Positions 45,502-50,237 of a DNA stretch of 50,237 bases are shown here, in pieces; position 1 is the stretch's first letter; each line of letters begins with the position of its first letter. The stretch is from positions 1 to 50,237 of IMG/VR virus record IMGVR_UViG_3300022181_000143, one strand, 5' to 3'. The position numbers and the translations under genes were made by a program. The DNA comes from a virus (taxonomy: Duplodnaviria; Caudoviricetes). A model generated the notes under the pieces. The model worked only from the letters and a program-made list of their open reading frames with translations, had not been told where the DNA came from and did no database searches.

Positions 45502-46416
45502 ATGAGCTTGCTATCTAGCTTCAATGGAGCGAGACGTTTCACTCCTCCCAGCTCAGGGCTGTATCCTTTTACAAGTCATGTCTTCACGAATTGTGGTGTG
45601 TCAGGGAGAACAGGCCCCACCTTAGCTCAAATGCAAGCCGCCTATACTGGTGTTGCTTGGGCACAGAATACAGCATTCTTGAGTCAAGGAGCGTATCAAG
45701 GGTACCAGAAATGGACCGTGCCGGAAACTGGGGTTTACCGCATCACAGTTCTAGGAGCAGCTGGAGGTGCTAGTCTTGCTTATCCTCCTTCATATTATGG
45801 CAGAGGCGTTCAGGCACAAGCAGATATCCTTCTAACACTGGGGGAATTCATCATCCTCGTGGTTGGACAAGCAGGTGTCTCCGCACCTTATTTTGGAGGT
45901 GGTGGAGGTGGCACGTTTGTAGTCCGAGTGAGCAACGGGGCTCCTTTGGTGATCGCGGGTGGAGGTGGCGGAGCGAGACAAAATCAAAACTATCGTACTG
46001 CCAATAGCGATGCTTCTATTAACATCAATGCTAAGCCATATTCCAACTATCCCGATGTAAGAGGGTGTCCTGGAGCGGGTGGGTTTAGTGGCAACGGTAT
46101 GAATAGTCAATATAACGGTGTTGGTGCTGGTGGCTATCCATCTGGCTTGATTGGATGCAATTCTCCAAGTGGAGATGCGGGTGCGGGAGGTTTTGGTGGA
46201 GGTAGCTGTGGCGACGGTATTTACTGGGGGGGAGCCGGTCATGGTGGAGGTTACTCAGGTGGTGCTTTATACAACTCATATGGTGCGAACGGGGCGGGTG
46301 GAAGCTGCTCTGCATACGCAGGGGCAGGTGGAGGCTCGTATGCAACCGGTGCAAATATCATATTAACAGAAGGAATCGGGACAGGTCATGGTTCAGTCAC
46401 GATTTCTAAGCAATAA
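45502..46416 (+). CDS. Glycine-rich tail/receptor-binding-like protein
   Basis: WTVPETGVYRITVLGAAGG, VVGQAG, GGGGGTFV, IAGGGGG, GGGYSGG, GGGS, GHGSVTI. Confidence 0.75.
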   Translation: MSLLSSFNGARRFTPPSSGLYPFTSHVFTNCGVSGRTGPTLAQMQAAYTGVAWAQNTAFLSQGAYQGYQKWTVPETGVYRITVLGAAGGASLAYPPSYYGRGVQAQADILLTLGEFIILVVGQAGVSAPYFGGGGGGTFVVRVSNGAPLVIAGGGGGARQNQNYRTANSDASININAKPYSNYPDVRGCPGAGGFSGNGMNSQYNGVGAGGYPSGLIGCNSPSGDAGAGGFGGGSCGDGIYWGGAGHGGGYSGGALYNSYGANGAGGSCSAYAGAGGGSYATGANIILTEGIGTGHGSVTISKQ

Positions 46417-46432
46417 GAAAGCGAGGCGGAAT

Positions 46433-46750
46433 ATGACCATTGAAGTAACACTTCTCATATCTGCTTTGGGATTAGCATTTGCGGTCTACTCTGGACTAGC
46501 CAATATGCGGAGAAACCAAAGTGCGGATGACCGTAATGCTGCATCTCAGCTAACGACCGTGATAGTGAAGCTCGAGCACATCAGTGCGGGTATCAATGAG
46601 ATTAAAGCAGAGATGTCCGGGGTGAAAGCAGATATTAAAGAGGACCGAGAGAAGATCATCCGCATTGAAGAAATAGCAAAGCAAGCGCATACAAGGATTG
46701 ACACTCTGGAGAAGAATCGTTCCAACAGAGAAGGTGAATTCAGTGAGTAA
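46433..46750 (+). CDS. Membrane-anchored coiled-coil protein of the lysis cassette
   Basis: One N-terminal TM segment, then heptads ending AKQAHTRID. Confidence 0.65.
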   Translation: MTIEVTLLISALGLAFAVYSGLANMRRNQSADDRNAASQLTTVIVKLEHISAGINEIKAEMSGVKADIKEDREKIIRIEEIAKQAHTRIDTLEKNRSNREGEFSE

Positions 46751-46952
46751 GGGACTTTTCTCAAAAGCGATTGTAGCTTTAGTGGTGTGCATCAATATCT
46801 TATTCTCAGCTTCTGTATTGGTGATTTTCTATAAGACATCCTCCGAACCAGTAACCTTAATCGGTTGCTGGTTTGCTTTTACCACTGGGGAGCTCTGGCT
46901 GTTGGCTACGATAAAAAAGGCTAAAGTACGAAAGGAGTCTCAAGATGGATAA
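46743..46952 (+). CDS. Small two-TM membrane protein (holin-like)
   Basis: Two hydrophobic segments and a basic C-terminus; GTG start 46743. Confidence 0.6.
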   Translation: MSKGLFSKAIVALVVCINILFSASVLVIFYKTSSEPVTLIGCWFAFTTGELWLLATIKKAKVRKESQDG

Positions 46953-47184
46953 AATTGATTGGGTAACAAAGCTTTCATCCCGTAAATTCTGGGCAGCTGT
47001 AACAGGCTTTCTGACAGCTCTCCTTACCATTTTTGAGGTGGACAATTTAACGATTGAGCAGATTATAGGATTAGTATCTGCCTTGTCAGTCCTAATTGCT
47101 TATATCATTGGAGAAGGGATGGTGGACGCGGCTCGTGCTTCTGCCGGAAACGAATCCACTATAACAAAGGTGGATAAAGTATGA
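46945..47184 (+). CDS. Holin
   Basis: IDW..KLSSRKFW, two TM segments, directly before the endolysin. Confidence 0.8.
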   Translation: MDKIDWVTKLSSRKFWAAVTGFLTALLTIFEVDNLTIEQIIGLVSALSVLIAYIIGEGMVDAARASAGNESTITKVDKV

Positions 47185-47873
47185 ACCTCAAGCAGTACTT
47201 TTTGACAGAGAATGATTGTTATAAGGCTGGTCAGAAGATTACCGTGAAGGGCATTATGATCCATTCGACCGGAGCAAATAATCCATGTTTGAATCGCTAC
47301 ATCGCTCCGGATGACGGCTTGCTAGGACAGAATCTTTATGGTAATCACTGGAATCAAGCCAAACCAGGAGGAATAGAAGTTTGTGCGCATGCTTTCATTG
47401 GCAAGCTGAAAAATGGAAGTGTAGCAACCTATCAGACACTTCCTTGGAATCAAAAAGGCTGGCATGCCGGTGGTAAAGCCAATGACTCTCACATCGGGGT
47501 TGAGATTTGCGAAGACGGAATGATGGATTCTGACTATTTCAATAAAATCTATACTGAAGCATTAGAACTTTGTGTGTATCTTTGCAAGATGTATGGCTTA
47601 ACTGAAAAGGATATCCTTGGTCACTATGAAGGCTTTATGAAAAGAATAGCCAGCAATCATGCAGATCCTAAGCATTGGTTTGCCATCCAAGGTACGAGTA
47701 TGGATGCATTCCGGTCTGATGTTTCGAAAAGGCTTTCTGCAGTAAATGCTACCGACACGAAGAAAGTATACCGAGTTCAGGTGGGTGCGTTCAGCGATAA
47801 AGCGAATGCAGAGACAATGCTATCTAGGCTAAAAGCAGCCGGTTATACTGAGGCCTATATAAAAAGTGAATAG
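47181..47873 (+). CDS. Endolysin: N-acetylmuramoyl-L-alanine amidase plus SPOR domain
   Basis: IMIHSTG, WHAG, IGVEIC, GH...HADP; YRVQVGAFSDKANA. Confidence 0.92.
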   Translation: MNLKQYFLTENDCYKAGQKITVKGIMIHSTGANNPCLNRYIAPDDGLLGQNLYGNHWNQAKPGGIEVCAHAFIGKLKNGSVATYQTLPWNQKGWHAGGKANDSHIGVEICEDGMMDSDYFNKIYTEALELCVYLCKMYGLTEKDILGHYEGFMKRIASNHADPKHWFAIQGTSMDAFRSDVSKRLSAVNATDTKKVYRVQVGAFSDKANAETMLSRLKAAGYTEAYIKSE

Positions 47874-47884
47874 TATATGTTGAA

Positions 47885-47926
47885 ACCCATCCGGCAATTA
47901 TTTTTGCTTGATGGGTCTCTTTTTTT
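47885..47926 (+). terminator. Intrinsic terminator after the endolysin
   Basis: ACCCATC...GATGGGT stem plus T tract. Confidence 0.7.
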
Positions 47927-47991
47927 CGTTCAAAACGATGTTTCACCTCCATTGATTAGTAAGAGAGACTATTTCGATGGAGGGAAATGCT

Positions 47992-48213
47992 ATGGAGAAT
48001 AAACAACCCATCAACACGATCGATCATCAAGAATCTGGTCTAATCACGCATGAACAATTACAGAACGAGGTAGATTACCATCGGGCACAACAGCTCCTTG
48101 ATTCATTACTGAAAAACGACCTCATCACTAAAGATGAATACTGGAAAATTACCCTGCTAAATCGAGAATCTTTCTCTCCCCTTCTGGCCAAAATTATGCC
48201 AAATATAAGTTGA
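47992..48213 (+). CDS. SHOCT-like small protein of the recombinase module
   Basis: EVDYHRAQQLL..LL...LIT..EY.KI..LNRESFSP. Confidence 0.75.
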   Translation: MENKQPINTIDHQESGLITHEQLQNEVDYHRAQQLLDSLLKNDLITKDEYWKITLLNRESFSPLLAKIMPNIS

Positions 48214-48255
48214 TATAACTTTGCATTAGAGGTAATATGACACACTAACAAGGGG

Positions 48256-49827
48256 GTGAAAAGATTGAGAAAAGTAACTAAGCTCGAACCGAGTGCTGAG
48301 AACCTCACCGAACCTACAAAACTAAGAGTCGCTGCATATTGTCGGGTTTCGACCGATGAAGATGATCAACTTGAAAGCCTAGATGCTCAGATGAAGCACT
48401 ATGAGTCAACCATACAACAGAATCCTAATTGGACTTTCGCTGGTATCTATTATGATCGAGGGATCACAGGAACAAAAAAAGAAAAGCGACCGGATTTTTT
48501 ACGAATGATCACTGATTGTGAGAACAAACAAATCGATCTGATTCTTACAAAGTCTATCAGCCGTTTCTCCAGAAATACCACGGATTGCTTGGAATTGGTG
48601 AGAAAGCTCATTGGGCTTGGGGTTTATATTCTCTTCGAGAAAGAAAACATTCATACAGGTTCCCTGGATAGTGAATTGATGCTATCTATTCTTTCCGGTT
48701 TGGCCGAAAGCGAGTCGGTCTCGATCGCTGAAAATAGCAAATGGTCGGTTAAGAGCAGATTCCGGAATGGAACCTATAAAATATCGAGTCCACCTCTGGG
48801 CTACGATTCGGTTGATGGCCAGCTGATGATCAACGAAATCCAAGCAGAAATTGTGCGTTTCATCTTCTCAAAAAGCTTGTCTGGACTGGGAGCGGGTAAG
48901 ATCGTGAAAGAGCTTAATCGGCTAGAAATACCCAGTAAAAAAGGTGGAGAATGGATGGCATCCGCCGTTCTAGGAATTCTGAAGAACGAACGATATACGG
49001 GAAAAGCGTTATTACAAAAGACCTATACCGATGACCGCTTTAAACGGCATATCAACTATGGTGAACGAGATTTCTTTTTGATTGAGGATCATCATCCGGC
49101 AATTATCAGTCAGGAAGACTTCGATGCTGTACAATCATTGATAAACCAGCACCGTTTAGAGAAAAATTCCGAGATGAAGTCGGCCAAATATTCGAATCGA
49201 TATGCCTTTTCCGGAAAAATCCTCTGTGCTGAATGCGGAGCAAAATTCAAGCGACGAATTCATACCAAGGGCGAAGGTATGATTGCTTGGTGCTGTTCTA
49301 CGCACATCACAAATGCCAATCTATGTTCTATAAAATTCATCCCGGAAACACACATTGAATATACCTTCATTGTCATGATGAATAAGCTCATCTTCGGCTA
49401 TACATCTGTTCTGAAACCGCTTCTATTGAGCCTTCGAGGTATGAACTCCAAAGATGAGAAGGCTAGCTTACGAGATCTTGAGAAAAAGCTGGATGAAAAT
49501 AAGAAGCAGCGTGAAACATTGCTTGCTCTTACAAGTAAGGGTTATCTAGAAACTGCAGCCTTCAATAAAGGCAATAATGAGCTGTTACAGGAAGCCAGCC
49601 GATTAGAACGTCAGAAAGAATCAACCGCTTACTATCTGAACAGCGAGCACAAAAGCATCAATGCTTTGCTGGCCTTAATCAAATATACGGTTAAAGCATC
49701 CATGTTAGAGCGTTTTGATGCTGACCTTTTCGAACAATTCGTAGCTAAGATTCATGTTTACTCTAGGTTCGAAATCGGATTTGAGTTAAAGTGCGGTCTG
49801 ACTCTGAGAGAAAGGTTGGTGGAGTAA
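48256..49827 (+). CDS. Large serine recombinase (start 48256 GTG or 48265 TTG)
   Basis: AAYCRVST, TKSISRFSRN, PLGY, ILKNERYTG, zinc ribbon CAEC...WCC...C, coiled coil. Confidence 0.95.
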   Translation: MKRLRKVTKLEPSAENLTEPTKLRVAAYCRVSTDEDDQLESLDAQMKHYESTIQQNPNWTFAGIYYDRGITGTKKEKRPDFLRMITDCENKQIDLILTKSISRFSRNTTDCLELVRKLIGLGVYILFEKENIHTGSLDSELMLSILSGLAESESVSIAENSKWSVKSRFRNGTYKISSPPLGYDSVDGQLMINEIQAEIVRFIFSKSLSGLGAGKIVKELNRLEIPSKKGGEWMASAVLGILKNERYTGKALLQKTYTDDRFKRHINYGERDFFLIEDHHPAIISQEDFDAVQSLINQHRLEKNSEMKSAKYSNRYAFSGKILCAECGAKFKRRIHTKGEGMIAWCCSTHITNANLCSIKFIPETHIEYTFIVMMNKLIFGYTSVLKPLLLSLRGMNSKDEKASLRDLEKKLDENKKQRETLLALTSKGYLETAAFNKGNNELLQEASRLERQKESTAYYLNSEHKSINALLALIKYTVKASMLERFDADLFEQFVAKIHVYSRFEIGFELKCGLTLRERLVE

Positions 49828-50237
49828 TGAGTTACATTCCTTATGGGTATAAGATTGAGAATGCGAGAGCGGTAATTGAAGAGAGCACTGCCGCACAGGT
49901 TCGGATGCTTTTTATTTGCTACTTATCTGGAGACTCCTTATCTTCAGCTGCGAAAAAAGCGGAAATGAATGCAACTCATTCTGCAGTTGGCTTGTTTCTT
50001 CAGAACAAACGATATCTGGGTGATGATTTCTACCCACCGATTATTGATGAGGAATTGTTCATGAAAGTTCAGGAAGAACGAGAACGGCGCGCTTTGAAAC
50101 TTGGTAGAACTAAGTCCCTCAAAAATAAAAAAGAAGTCGTCTTCCCTACCTCCTTCCGAATGAACGAAGGTCTAAAGCATTTTGACGACCCATTTCAACA
50201 AGCAGAGTATGCTTATAGTTTAATCGAAAGGAAGTGA
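49827..50237 (+). CDS. Short recombinase-domain-only protein (no catalytic serine domain)
   Basis: IPYGY, LQNKRYLGD..YPPII.EELF..VQ; TAATG coupling to the upstream recombinase. Confidence 0.8.
   Translation: MSYIPYGYKIENARAVIEESTAAQVRMLFICYLSGDSLSSAAKKAEMNATHSAVGLFLQNKRYLGDDFYPPIIDEELFMKVQEERERRALKLGRTKSLKNKKEVVFPTSFRMNEGLKHFDDPFQQAEYAYSLIERK

Larger units (their letters stand above)
1650..50237. mobile_element. Prophage (HK97-like head, non-contractile tail, PolA/VapE replication, serine-recombinase integration module); right end outside the window, left end approximate
   Basis: Colinear replication, packaging, head, tail, lysis and recombinase modules from 11971 to 50237; including 1.7-11.6 kb as cargo is an inference. 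Confidence 0.85.

Noticed and set aside
42811-46416. Diversity-generating retroelement or invertible tail-fibre switch
   Set aside because: No reverse transcriptase, no template/variable repeat pair differing at adenines, and no inverted fibre cassettes seen by eye; the 207-nt repeat diverges synonymously

Overview
Apart from a host-like lipoprotein gene at 1-1179, the window is an apparently near-complete siphovirus-type prophage of a Bacillota-like (low-GC Gram-positive) host. It runs from about 1.4-1.7 kb to beyond the right edge. Left to right: (1) a leftward defence-like locus (HTH, two unrelated adenine MTases, an orphan 181-aa gene, an McrB-like GTPase with no N-terminal DNA-binding domain, McrC, and a SAP-like/PD-(D/E)XK nuclease); (2) a divergent XRE gene, a structured non-coding leader and a sigma-70-region-4-like regulator; (3) replication genes (DUF2800, SSB, PolA, VapE primase-helicase, VRR-NUC, and an SNF2 helicase split by a 5-nt insertion in Walker A); (4) packaging genes (HNH, a reverse-strand HEPN-motif moron beside the probable cos, TerS, MetK, ParB-MTase, and TerL with an ATA start and a Gln1 class-3 intein); (5) a MarR-MFS moron; (6) HK97-type head and tail genes; (7) lysis genes; (8) a large-serine-recombinase module cut by the window end. 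The best candidates for something undescribed are the split-McrBC/dual-MTase locus, the two-state RNA leader at 11787-11940 and the split SNF2 gene. All calls come from motifs and synteny read by eye; no database search was run.
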